Origin: Phaeosaccion multiseriatum | Taxonomy: Eukaryota > Protista > Ochrophyta, other classes | Length of the DNA: 64,000 nt | NCBI GenBank assembly: GCA_965112735.1 | Contig: OZ218951.1 | Span: 5,518,001 to 5,582,000, forward strand | Direction of reading: 5' to 3' | Part shown: piece by piece, positions 24,923 through 36,593 of the stretch | Layout: every line of letters begins with the position of its first letter | Position numbering within the stretch: the stretch's first letter is position 1 | Notes under the pieces: generated by a model | Database searches by the model: none | Told to the model about the DNA's origin: nothing | What the model saw: only the letters and a program-made list of their open reading frames with translations | Position numbers and translations under genes: made by a program

Positions 24923-25483
24923 GAGGAGGGAGGTGTATGTTGGCTGCAGACACGAGGCGCGAGTGCAAGCGGCAAGGCAGTTGGTGATACGGCTAGACTT
25001 GTCGAGCAGCTCTACAAAACAACATCCGAGTCCACACTTCCTGAAACCAAAACAGACACCGAGCCATCGAGAGTGAGACCTGACACAGAGACTGCTGAGC
25101 TGTGAGCTACCACTGCACTGCAAACTAGCTGCCGTATCACCAACTGCTGAGCCTCACCTTGTGCGATGTGCTCGGCGTCTTCCTTGGAGGGCTGAGGCCC
25201 CTCTAGGAGAGGAGGGGCGGACCAGGCGCGGAGGAAGTATCGGGTACCCCACACCACCATCCACAGGAGGAGCAGGTAGGCGGAGATGAATAGGAGGATG
25301 GACTTATGGTCACCCTGTCACGGGGGGGGTAGAGGAGGCGGGGGAGGAGGAGGAGGAGGAGGAGGAGGAGGAGGAGGAGGGAGGAGGTGGAAGAGGTGGA
25401 AGAGGTGGAAGAGGAGGAGGAGAAGGAAGAGGAGGAGGAGGAGAAGGAGGAGGAGGAGGAGGAGGGAGGAGGAGGAGGAGGAG

Positions 25484-25515
<32 letters not shown>

Positions 25516-25541
25516 GGAGGGAGGAGGAGGAGGAGGAGGAA

Positions 25542-25573
<32 letters not shown>

Positions 25574-27453
25574 GGAGGAGGAGGAGGAGGAGGAGGAGGA
25601 GGTCAAGGGACAGCATTGTGTGTTGTGTGTGTGGAGCCCACGATAAGGGGTGGCTGATTGGTTGAGCTGCCCTTCTGTCAAAACATCAACTCTCTTCAAC
25701 AAATGGCTCGAAAGCACGGCGCTCCCTCAACCAACTCACTACCTCACGGTACGATACGCTCAGTTCTACCATCAACTACACATCCACTGCCATCTCCTAC
25801 CACCTATCCACCCCCCCCCCCCCCCCCTCACCTGCTCTGGAGGCGACATCCAGCTGGGCATGGCGAAGTCAATCTCCCACTGCTGCGGCCCGTCGGGGTG
25901 TCCGTACAGCTCATAGTTGCGCTTGGAGGTCTACAGGTCAGGGCAGTGGTGATAGAGGTGGTGGTGGTGGTGGTGGTGGTGGTGGTGATAGAGGTGGTGA
26001 TAGAGGTGGTGATAAAGGTGGTGATAGAGGTGGTGATAGAGGTGGTGATAGAGGTGGTGGTAGAGGTGGTGGTAGAGGTGGTGATAGAGGTTGTGATAGA
26101 GGTGGTGATAGAGGTGGTGATAGAGGTGGTGGTGATAGAGGTGGTGATAGAGGTGGTGGTAGAGGTGGTGATAGAGGTGGTGATAGAGGTGGTGGTAGAG
26201 GTGGTGGTAGAGGTGGTGATAGAGGTGGTGATAGAGGTGGTGGTAGAGGTGGTGATAGAGGTGGTGGTAGAGGTGGTGGTAGAGGTGGTGATAGAGGTGG
26301 TGATAGAGGTGGTGGTAGAGGTGGTGGTGGTGGTAAGTACGGGGAGGCAAGAGCACGGGTGTGTCAGGACAGTGGACGGAGGGGTAGAGAGAAAGAAGGC
26401 CAAGCCTCTGGCCCGTGGGTGGCTGGTGCGCCAACGACCACAGGGAGCATGCTCTACCCTCACTTGGCGTGTTTGTAACGCCATACCCTCACTTTGGCGT
26501 GTTTGTAACGCCAGACTACAGCACAGGAAGCGCTGCTTGCGCTAAGCCCCTACTTGGAGTAGTCCGGTCCAACGCGAGAGGGTAAGGGGGGGTACTGACA
26601 GCAGGCTGAGGAACATTCGCCGGCCCAGGCGGCAACGCGTGACTTTTCCTGTCCCTCCCTCCCTTCCCACGCCCATCTTTCCTTCCGTAGTGCACTACTA
26701 CTGCGCCGCTGTGCAAGTGCTGGACTCTTCTACCACGTGCTACACTACTTCACTCCTCATTATTTGCAGCTTCCGAGAGGCCACCACCACTCACACACTC
26801 AGTCCCTCCCTCCCCCCCCCACTCACCGGGTCAACGAGCGCCTGATACGCCTTGGCCACCTTCTGGAACTGCGCCGCCGCCTTCTTGTCGCCCGGCCTCT
26901 TGTCCGGGTGGTTCTCCAGCGAGAGCTTGCGGTAGGACCTCTTGATCATGGTGCTGTTGGTACCAGGCCTCACGTCCAGCACCTCGTAAGGGTCGAAGCG
27001 CTCAGGATCGGCCGTGGCGGCCATGGAGAAGTGGTAGAAGCCCCACCTGTGGGGGAGGGAGGAAGGAGGAGAAGGAGGAGGCTCATCAGTTGGTGCAGTT
27101 GCTGGAGTCGAGGAAGGCCGGGGAGGGGGGGTTTGGAAGGAGGAGGAATGGTGGGTGGACGAGGAACAAGGGGTGGCGCTGGCCCTTGGCTTGACTCTTC
27201 CCCACTCACACACCACTCACGTGGAAAGCGCTAGCATGATGACTCTGACGATGTATCCCTTGGTCAAGAGCTTCGGCCGCTGCTTCCCCAGAGGCAGCGG
27301 GCCCCTCTTTGGGTCTCGTGGCCGCCTTAGCGCCCTCCAGGCCCGGCTCCCCACAGTGAGCCCCATGAAGGGAATGATCATGCCCAGAATGGCCGCGTAG
27401 ACCACATCAATCATTTGCGCCGAAGAGGCATCAGTCTCTGGGGGGGGTGGCAT
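21749..27453 (-). CDS. SEC63: SEC63-like ER membrane J-domain protein (divergent); about 11 exons
   Basis: Two N-terminal hydrophobic segments, then a J domain (FDPYEVLDV...IKRSYRKLSLENHPDK...VAKAYQALVDP|TSKRNYELYGHPDGPQ), a third TM segment (ILLFISAYLLLLWMVVWG), a Sec63/Brl-like C-terminus (ETWGESKIAPADLVQCTVKLHR, EPWWVLVSE, KLRAP, VRSPVFVGVD) and an acidic tail. An alternative in-frame ATG is at 27543. An extra exon near 23810-23895 is uncertain. Confidence 0.82.
24977..25147. repeat. Perfect 17-bp inverted repeat pair enclosing 137 bp (hairpin or MITE-like) in a SEC63 intron
   Basis: GCAGTTGGTGATACGGC (24977-24993) and GCCGTATCACCAACTGC (25131-25147). No clear TSD. Confidence 0.75.
25945..26335. 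repeat. 12-bp minisatellite (GTGGTGATAGAG / GTGGTGGTAGAG)n in a SEC63 intron
   Basis: About 30 tandem units. Confidence 0.95.
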
Positions 27454-27662
27454 CTTTGCTCCCTCTCGTCTTTTCTTCGTTGAGTGCTGGGGCTTGGCTG
27501 GGGCTCCCACGGATTTTTCGTTACTTTTATACGCGTATCTCATCTCTGTCAGCTTTCCCGCGGCTTTCTTCTTGTCACTCACTCATTTACTTCGGCCCCA
27601 CCCACGTCTGCTCTTCCCCCTAATTCTTCTTGTGGCAGGCTACTTGCGTATCAAGCCATCGA

Positions 27663-29141
27663 ATGTCAGAGCGTCGAAAAAGGTGCAAGCGGCTGTGAGG
27701 GCCCTCATCGCGAAGATCATCGGCGGGAGGAAGGCATTTGGATGCGCCCCATGGGATGGAAAACCCTCCCCTGCTCTTAGCTGTGGGGATGAAGAGGGGT
27801 GGTATCGTTGCTCTTTTGCTGCAGGAGGGGGCGTCGCCGAGTCCTGCAGAGCGTGTGTATGGCTTCACTGCGTTTGTTGGAGCCTGTACTTTTTGCGAAT
27901 GCTGCTTTTGTGCAACAGCTCCTCTCTCATGCACAAGCACTCGATGGAACAACAGCTCTTATGAAGGCCTGCGCCAGAGGGTCTATTATGGTAGTGCACA
28001 AGCTGCTCTCCGCCGGTGCCAGCGTGGACTTGACTGACAGTATCGGCGATGCCGCTTTGATCTGCGCCTCCAGGGTGGGACATCTTGCAGTGGTGCAGCA
28101 GCTGGTGTTGGCCGGTGCGAAGGTGAATTGGGCGAATAAGGCGGGGGTTACAGCGCTTATTCAAGCCTCGCGTAGAGGGGATGAAAGGGTAGTCCAACAG
28201 CTCATCAAAGCCACCCAAATGGCCGATGTAGAAGGCCTGGAAGCCTTGAATTGGGCCTCCCGTTTTGGACATCATGCGGTAGCGCAGTAGCTGCTGTCGG
28301 CGAGGGCTGATCCCAACCGGGTGAGTGGCAGAGGTGCTGACGGCGTCACCCCCTTGTTGATGGCCGCACAAGAAGGTCATCACAGGGTCACGCAGCTGCT
28401 GCTGACGTCTGGGGCAGATGCGAATTAGGCATCCCGCGATGGGAGTTGTCCGCTTTGTGCGGCAAGTCACAATGGTCATGGCATTGTGGTAGAGCAGCTC
28501 ATCACAGCCGGCACTGACCTTCAGTTGCGTAGCGGTGTGGAATGGAGAACCGCGTGATGTTAGCCACCACTTTCCGGCACCGAAGCATTGTGCGAAAGCT
28601 GCTGAGGGCTGGTGCAGGGACGACGGCGCTTGGTGGTGGTGACGGGTATGGAGCGATACACTTGGCGTCTTCAAATGACCATGCTCGTGTCGTGGAGGAG
28701 CTCATCGCGGGAGGTGCTGACGTGGAGATGCTCGATGGTCATTGGGCTACCGCTGTGCATACGTGTGCCAATAATGCCCATAAGGCAGTGAGTGGTCCAC
28801 GATGAAATGGTTTGCGGGGGCTGACCCTGTCAATGAGAGCACTTTGTCTTGGGGGACGCCCATGGCGCTGGCGATATATGGGTGCCACAGCGGGGCGGTG
28901 CTGGAGCTGCTCTCGGGAGGGGCCTCCGTGGCAAACACCCTGGCCGTAGTCGGAGGGCAAAACGATGGAGCCTATGCCGATTTCCTCCTGGGCCGCGGAC
29001 AGGCATCACTTTGCGTCACAGAGCGCGTTGGACCTGATGCGGGGCACTGACTTTCTCTTTGGCAAGGAAGGGAGGCTGAAGGTGTCGCAGAGAGGGCTCA
29101 GCCCTGAGGTGCTGCAGGAGGTGGCGAAGGAGATGGCATGA
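27663..29141 (+). pseudogene. Intronless ankyrin-repeat pseudogene, copy 1
   Basis: Ankyrin motifs GTTALMKACARG, GDAALICASRVGH, GVTALIQASRRG, GVTPLLMAAQEGH and GYGAIHLASSNDH. In-frame TAGs at 28288 and 28426, and several frameshifts (near 27895, 28555, 28800, 29020). The 5' boundary is approximate. Confidence 0.85.
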
Positions 29142-29454
29142 TGAACGAGGCGCCTCGTGCCTGGCTAGGGTGTGGTCAGGGCGGTGGTATCATTGGGAAC
29201 ACTTCCTCCTCGATCGATCGGAGTATTGTAGGAAAGCACGAGAGTAGAAGAGTTGGGGTACGAGCGGGAGAGCACGAGAACTAAACAGGGGCGTAGGAGT
29301 ATAGGAGAGCATGCGTGCTCTCTGTATATTTACATGTTAATTAAATGGATGCAGTGAAGATGGATTGAAGTCGAAGTGAAGTGAGTCGCAGTCCGTCACC
29401 GGGGTATTGTAGCCTGTTCCTCCACCTGAGTCGGAAGGGAGTAGAAGGGAAGCC

Positions 29455-29700
29455 TCCTCATCCTCCTCTCCTCCTCCTCCTCCTCCTCCTCCTCTCCTCC
29501 TCCTCCTCCTCCTCCCCCTCCTCCTCCTCCTCCTCCTCCTCCTCCCCCTCCTCCTCCTCCTCCTCCTCCTCCTCCTCCCCCTCCTCCTCCTCCTCCTCCT
29601 CCTCCTCCTCCTCCTCCTCCTCCTCCTCCTCCTCCTCCTCCTCCTCCTCCTCCTCCTCCTCCTCCTCCTCCTCCTCCTCCTCCTCCTCCCCCTCCTCCTC
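29455..29700. repeat. (CCT)n homopyrimidine tract between convergent 3' ends
   Basis: About 245 bp of near-pure CCT. Confidence 0.95.
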
Positions 29701-29919
29701 AGCGCGTCGCTTCCCCCCCCCCCATTCTTGTGGGTGTCCTCTCCCCACCTTCGACACTTACCCCACCCCCCACTCACTATTATAACTGTGCATCAATCCA
29801 TCTCCGAGCCGCGCATACATCACAGGTGCATGACATACCATAGAGAGCCGTGTCGAACCATCTAAAGCCATCTGGACAGAGTCCTGCAAAGCCATGGACC
29901 TAGGGTGGCAGAGTCACCG

Positions 29920-31153
29920 TCATCGATAGTCGTACTCGTCCTCAGAGGACTCCCCCTCCCCCTCCTCCCCCGCATATGTGCTGCTGGACTGCACGATGGC
30001 TCTGCCAATAGCCCCAATCCAATCGTCCTTCTCCTTCTCTGTGTTGGCGTACATGAAGTACTCCATGTCCTGAGTGGACACCTCCAGAGAGTTGCGGTGT
30101 CCAGTCTTTTGCTCGGCTGACTTGACCTGTTGGTGATACGAGGAGGATTAGGAGGGGGGAAGGGGGCGGAGAGGGGGCAGTAGTCAGAAGCAGGAGGAGG
30201 AGGAGGAGGAGGAGGAGGAGGAGGAGGAGGAGGAGGAGGGAGGAGGAGGAGGAAGGAGTGGTAGTAGTAATAAGAGCAGGAGTAGGACGAGTAGCAAACA
30301 GTAGCAGGACCACGTCGTCGAAGAGGGAGCTATGTTAGTGAAGAGGAGAGGGCAGACCGCACTCAGTTTCAGTCTACACGTGTCGATCAATATGGAGCAT
30401 ACACTGACAACGATTGGCTCCTGGAGCACTCTGTCCACTGCCACTACCAAAGGGCTCCGTCTCCCACACGTACACACCCAGCACTCTGCCTGATCCCATT
30501 GCACAGCTGACCTTCCGTCTCCCAAACCCATGGATCTCTCCTCTCCCCCCCCATCTCTCTTTTTCCCACCCTCTCTCTCCTCTCTCTCCCACCCTCCCTC
30601 TCTCTCTTCTCTCTCTGTCCCACCCTCTCTCTTCCCCCCCGCTCTCCTCTCTCCCTCTCCCCCCTCTCTCTCTCTTGGTGCGCATCGTACCGTAATGCAC
30701 GTGCCGAGGTCGATCATGCCGTGAGGGGCCACAGCTTCCGACTGCTTGGCAGAGCAGGGGAGTGGAAGAGAGGATTGAGGGGGCAGGGCAGGGCAGGGCA
30801 GGGGAGACAACTTTCACCTCCACCTCCTCCTTACTTTGCAGAAGAAGAGCCTGGATCCCTTGAGTATCATGAAGCGGAGGCGCCAAGACTTTAACCACGC
30901 GCTCTGCTTATACAGCCAGCCTATCGTACACAGAGAAAGGGAGAAGGTCAGAGGTAGGTTGGGGGGAGAGAGGGGGTCGACGGCTGAGTGAAGAGTGCGC
31001 TGCTCCACGCGAGAGTGAGCGAGAAAACGAAGGTGGGTGCAAAACACAGGAGATAACAATCAACAAGTACTCACCCGTGCACTCTCCTCCATTGCAGTCA
31101 TAGCGCATGCCTGTCGCCTGGTCCACATACGCCGGCCGTGCGCCCCTCGCCAT
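29920..31153 (-). CDS. Small pleckstrin-homology (PH) domain protein; 4 exons
   Basis: Exons: 31153-31075, 30920-30835, 30741-30691, 30126-29920. Protein reads GWLYKQSAWLKSWRLRFMILKGSRLFF...PHGMIDLGTCITVKSAE...YFMYANTEKEKDDWIGAIGRAIVQSS, then an acidic tail and TGA at 29920. Confidence 0.9.
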
Positions 31154-31573
31154 GCTACAGAAAGATTCTACTCCCTACGTAAAAGAGGGGCAGGAAGTCT
31201 GTCTATCTACGTCAGACCCACGGATCCTGACGCGTGCTTAGTGCAACGGCGATGGGCTGAGCAGCGTAGGCAGCAGCCACTTTTTCCTGTTCCTTGAGCT
31301 CCGGGAGGTGGGTTCCTTGAGCTAGATTAACGCTGGCACCTTTCTCCGCCCCAAAAGACCACCAACACACCTGCTATCGTCCACTCGTCTGTCAGGCCCT
31401 CCTCCTGCCTTAATGTAATGCAATGACTACGGATGATCGGTCTGCTGTACGGCTTTTTTTTCTTCTTTTTTTTCGCCTGTAACATGCTGGGACCGTCCAG
31501 CAAAATCCCGTTCCGAAGGCGATATCTAATTACACACAGGGAGATGTAGACAAGGAAGAAGAATATTGCATCC

Positions 31574-34500
31574 ATGTCGGAGCAGCATCTGGAGGAAGAA
31601 GGATCACGCTCGGTCCAAGCAAGGAGCAGGAGGAGCAGCAGGAGGAGGAGGAGGAGAACAGAGTCGGCAACAAGCCTGCACGCGCTGCTTCTCATGCTCA
31701 CCGTACCTCTGTCTCGCACGCTACGCCTGGTGCGGGCCTGGCGACCGGCAGTGCGTTTTTCAGCCACCCCACCCCCACGAGGAGCAGCAGGAATCTTGGG
31801 CGAGGGGCATGCCAACTGGGTTTGCTGCTGGAGAGCGAGTAGTAGCGGGCCAGCAGCAGGCAGGGCTCTTACAGCCTTGGGTGCGGCGAGGCGGAAAAGT
31901 AGTAGTGACAGCAAGAGTGCAAGTACACTCACCGGTGGTACGCTCCGAAGAAGAAGGTCCTCGTCTCTCGTCGAAAGGAAAGAGGATGATGCAAATGCAA
32001 CAGTGGCAGCTATCACGAGGTGAGCATCTACATCCCTGCACCCTGCTCGTGGGCGTCGGTCACTCTGGTCTACACACGGTACAGTCGTTGCTGTGGCTTT
32101 TGTTTTGTCAATGATCGCATACAACCAAGAGCCATTGTCCTACGCCCCCACCCCTCCACCTCTTAAAGCCCTGCTACGCCTACCGCACCACTCCACCCCC
32201 CTCTTTGACAACATAACACCGCAGGAGAACAACACGCCGCGCCCTGACGAACGCCGAGCTCCTGGCTGCCCTGCCATTGGCCGAGCGAGCCTTGTGTGCC
32301 GCTCTGGAAGGGCAGGCCCGGAGGTTCCACCTCGGACTCGACATCAACACACAGAGCACAGGCTACGCCGTGCTGGGCGGGTGGGGTGGGTGGGAGGAGA
32401 GTAGAAGCGGGAGGGGGAGGGCTCTGCCGCCGCTCGTGGTGGAGTGGGGCACCGTGACAGGACCCAAAAAGTGCGATTTGCTGGACATGGGCGGCCTCAT
32501 CGCCGAGGAGCTGAGCAGGGTGAAGGAGCGCTGCAACCGAGGTGTGTGTGTTTGTGTGTGCGTGTGTGTGCGTGTGTGTGTGTGTGTTTGTGTGTATGTG
32601 GATGGATTTTCTCTTTCTTCTTTTTCCCTGATGGATGTGCAACCTTGTTTGTCTCCTCTTCCCCTGATTCCTTGCCTTGTCAAACTTCTCCACCCCCTCA
32701 GTCGCCGGCACCACTCTTGGACCCCGCGAGAATACAGTAGGGGAAGATGAAGAAGATCAAGGAGGGGGAGAGGCAGAGTGGGAAAGGCCGGAGTGGACAG
32801 TAGGCATCGAAGACTTCATGAGGGCGTTTCGGCCCGGCAAGTTTCAGACCAAAGCCCTCTTCCAACTCGCACAGGTAGGTGGCAAGGAGGTATGTGGGCA
32901 TCCGGTGCGGTTTCAGTTTCAGTTTCGTTTCAGCTTCAGTTCTCAGACGGAGTCGATCAATGATGCACAAGCCTTTCCCTCCCTCCCTCCCTCCCTCCCT
33001 CCCTCCCTTCCTCACTCCCTTCCTCCCTCACTCCCTTCCTCCCTCCCTCCTTCCCTCCCTCCCTCCCTCCCTCCCTCCCTCCCTCTCAGCTGAACGGCAT
33101 CGTCAACTACAGCTGCTTGGGCCTCTTCGGCAGCAAGCCCAACACTGTCCACCCTAACGCAGCCAGAGCCTTCTATAGCCTCAAGAAGACAGAGGTGAGA
33201 TCGCTTATGACCTTGCCCCGAGAGACGCGAACCACCAACATGCCAAGTAACATGTCCAGTCCGCTACTATTGGGCCATGGCGTCCCACCCCTCCCCCCCA
33301 GCCCACTCTCTCACTCACTCACAGCCCGTCAGCCATAGATAGCCCCTCTGCTCTCCTGCCTCTGCACATACACTGGTCGTCATGTCGTGATATTTGTCAA
33401 AGTCGCTCTGTGCATCCTCCACACCTCGCCAAGGGCCTGCCTTACGTAGCCTTACGTAGCCTTCTCCTCCCGTTGTTCCAAGGAGATGCCCCCCCCCACC
33501 CCTCTTGCATCCCTCTCATACTCCTCTTCCCTATTCCAACTACCCTCCGTCCCTCCGTCCCTCTCTCCCTCCCTCCTTCCCTCCATCTCTCCCTCCCTCA
33601 TTCCCTACCTCCTCCCTCCCTCCTCCCTCCCTCCTTCCCTCCCTCCTCCCTCCTCCTCCCCCCGCCTCGCCTCCTTAGACCCAAGACGTGAAGGAGAGAG
33701 TGTTTGCCTATGTGATCCGACAGCCTGACTTGGTGTGCCAGACGCACCCCTGGAAGCTGAAGCGAGGAGGGGGGGTGCACAGGGACAATTTTGACGTTAC
33801 GGATGCCTACCTCGTTGCCTTGCACTCTTGGCACAATACCGTCCTCACGGACCTCAGCCTCAACACTGCCCTACGGGACAGGTGAGTGAGTGAGAGTTTT
33901 GTGTGTGGGTAGGTGAATGAGTGAGTGAGTGAGTGAGAGTTTTGTGTGTGGGTGAATGAGTGAGAGAGTGATTGAGTGAGTGAGTGAGTGAGTGAGTTAA
34001 TGTGTCTGTGGTTGAATGGTTGAGTGAGTGAGTGAGTGAGTGAGTGAGTGTGTGTGTGAGTGAGTGTGTGTGTGGTGTGTATGTACTACACCTGCGGTGC
34101 GTCTATTACCATCGCCAGTCGCCTCAGTCGTATACCCGTGTCCCTCCTCACCCCTCCCGCCCCTCTTTGGGTCCCTTCCCACCTCTCTTTGGGTCCCCTC
34201 CCACCCCCACCACCCTCTATGACTCCGCCGGAATGGAATGGTCGGACGCCCCACACAGCTTCATCTCCTGCTATGAACAAGAAAACGCCCTCAAGCTGGC
34301 CGCGGCAGAGAGCCGCTTGCTCAAGAAGGCGGCCAAGGAGAGCAAAGGAGGCCACGCGGACCTCGGGGAGAAGGGTCAACAGAAACGACTCAAGGACGAG
34401 CAGAAACAGCAGCAGAAACTGCTCAAGAAGCACCGAGTAGAGGCGCGGGAGAGGACGGAAGCACTCTTTGAAGAGGCGCTGGAGTGCTGGGTCAAAGGAA

Positions 34501-34586
34501 GAATGGTGATTCAGGGCGGGAACGAGGAGGAGGAGGAGGAGGAGGAGGAGGAGACGACGGAGGACGAGGACGAGGAAGAGGAATGA
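31574..34586 (+). CDS. RuvC-like (RNase H fold) Holliday-junction resolvase with N-terminal organellar-type presequence; 6 exons
   Basis: Exons: 31574-32019, 32225-32541, 32702-32874, 33090-33194, 33679-33881, 34259-34586, with compatible phases. Motifs: HLGLDINTQSTGYAVL, VGIEDF, LFQLAQLNGIV, VHPNAARAFY, DVKERVFAYV, NFDVTDAYLVA, giving the RuvC D/E/D/D acidic set. The C-terminus is K/E/Q-rich. Confidence 0.78.
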
Positions 34587-34679
34587 CAAGGGGAAGAGGA
34601 AGAAGAAGAAGACGAAGACGGACAAGAGGACAGGGGTGTACTGTGTTGAATTTCTAATTTCAAACACGGGTACTGTACA

Positions 34680-35522
34680 AGGGGCGCTGTGGCGGAGCAG
34701 GCTCATCACAGCGGCGCTGACCTTGAGAGGCGTTACAGTGATGACGATGGGAGAGCAGCCTTGATGGCAGCTGATGGCAGCCTTGATGGCAGCCTTGATG
34801 GCAGCTGATGGCAGCTGAGGGCAGCTGATGGCAGCTGATGGCAGCTGATGGCAGCTGATGGCAGCTGATGGCAGCTGATGGCAGCTGATGGTAGCATCTG
34901 TGGAAGGGCACCCCGAAGTGTTGTGCGCAAGCTGCTCAGGGCTGGGGCAGAGGTGAATGCGATGAGTGGTGACGAGTATGGAGCGATACACTTGGCATCT
35001 CGGTTTGGCCATGCTCGTGTCGTGGAGGAACTCATCTCAGGAGGTGCCGATGTGGAGATGCTGACTGATCCTGGTCTTGGGGGCTTCATACCTTTGTATG
35101 AGGCTGCTCTGCACGGCCATGGGGCAGTGATCCGCGAGCTCTTGTCTGCGGTACCAGCACTTCCAAGTAAGAGGAATGTGCCTCTCCTCTCCTGCGAGGC
35201 CCTCGCTTGCTGCGGCAGAGCGCTGGAGATGCTCTCAGGAGGGGCCTCACATTGCAAAAGGCTTTGTCTATAACCCTTCGGATCTCCTGTCTCTAACCCT
35301 TCGGATCTCCTGTCTCTAACCCTTCGGATCTCCTTCGGGCTATACAACGGAGCCTCTATCCTCTGTCCACTGCCCTTTGGCGACGGACAGACGACAACAC
35401 TTTGCGCGTTGGACTTGATGCGGGGCCCTGACCTTCTCTTTGGCAAGGAAGGGAGGCTGAAGGTGTCGCAGAGAGAGGTTAGCCCTGAGATGCTGCAGGA
35501 GGTGGCGGAGGAGATGGCATGA
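34680..35522 (+). pseudogene. 5'-truncated ankyrin-repeat pseudogene, copy 2 (paralog of 27663-29141)
   Basis: VVRKLLRAGAEVNAMSGDEYGAIHLASRFGHARVVEELISGGADVEML matches copy 1. The 3' block (CTTTGGCAAGGAAGGGAGGCTGAAGGTGTCGCAGAGAG...GAGATGGCATGA) is near-identical. Disrupted by a (GATGGCAGCT)n array at 34763-34892 and a 22-bp triplication at 35265-35335. Confidence 0.82.
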
Positions 35523-35635
35523 CAGTGGGCAGTGGGTTCGTCAGGCTCTGTCAGGCTCTCTTCGGACTGGATGCGTACAAGAGACTGGTGGTGGCGTCTC
35601 TCTTCTCTTCAAGTGCTGCTGCGCAGGGAGACACG

Positions 35636-35676
<41 letters not shown>

Positions 35677-36593
35677 AGAGAGAGAGGGAGAAGAGAGGGT
35701 GCCGTGGCTACATACACAGCGAGCACACGCACAGAGAGAGAGGGGATTGTGTAACCGCTTCTCATTAATTTAACTTTTCGAACCCTTCTCGCCTCTCTGC
35801 CCTCCACCCTCCCCCCTCGGGAAGGCTCTATAATCTAATGAGCGTATACATCGGCAGGGGCGGAGTGTAAACAGCAGAATACTTCTCTACACAACAAAAA
35901 ACACTACACAACCGACCGGAAGCCCTCCTCCCTTTTAGCTTGACGCGCGCGCACGCACACGGAGACTTAAACTCAAACTCAAACTCAATCACACCCATGC
36001 CACACTCCAGCGTCCGAAAGACGCTACAATGCAATTCAGCATGGCACAGCGTGGGAGAGCGTCAAAGGGAGGGAGGTTGGAAGGTGGTTAGGGGGTTGGG
36101 GTGAGGGGAATGAGGGGAGGAAAGAGAAGAGGCCAATGACATTCATTGACATATCCTCCTCTGCTTCCCTCCCTCTTTCTCTCTCTCGCTCTTGCCGTCA
36201 GAGCTACGGAAAGCAACTTTAGGGGGAGGGAGGGCGGGAGGGAGGGAGGAAGGAAGGAAGGGGCAGCTCAACAATCCAACCGCTGCCAACACCTCACACC
36301 TCCACCAACCCACTCCACTCACCAGTCCACACGAGAGGGAGGGAGAGTAGATTACAGCTAGCACTGCACTACTTTTTCTCTCACTTGTCTCCTCTACCGC
36401 ACTTCAAGCCCCCAACGTCCCCCTCCCAACATGAATATATACACACCCAACTTGGATGAATGACTTGGTGGGCATCGGAGCCGGAGACGGGAGCGACGCC
36501 ATTCCCTCACGCACTCCCCCCCTCACCATTGCCTCACCACCACGGCTGCTCCTTGACCGTTCTCTCTCCGCTCTCCGAAGGGGCACAAGCTAC

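Noticed and set aside
25658-26545. (VIEV)n, (TTSI)n and (HHLY)n ORFs
   Set aside because: They are the 12-bp minisatellite inside the intron that splits the SEC63 J domain.
28288-28428. TAG-to-Gln reassignment or readthrough in the ankyrin ORF
   Set aside because: TAG is the true stop of CCT2 and the purine fusion, and the same ankyrin copy also has frameshifts, so it is a pseudogene.
32225-33881. Fanzor/TnpB RNA-guided nuclease
   Set aside because: The compact D/E/D/D spacing is resolvase-like. There is no CxxC zinc finger between RuvC-II and RuvC-III, no WED/REC-sized region, and no transposon ends.
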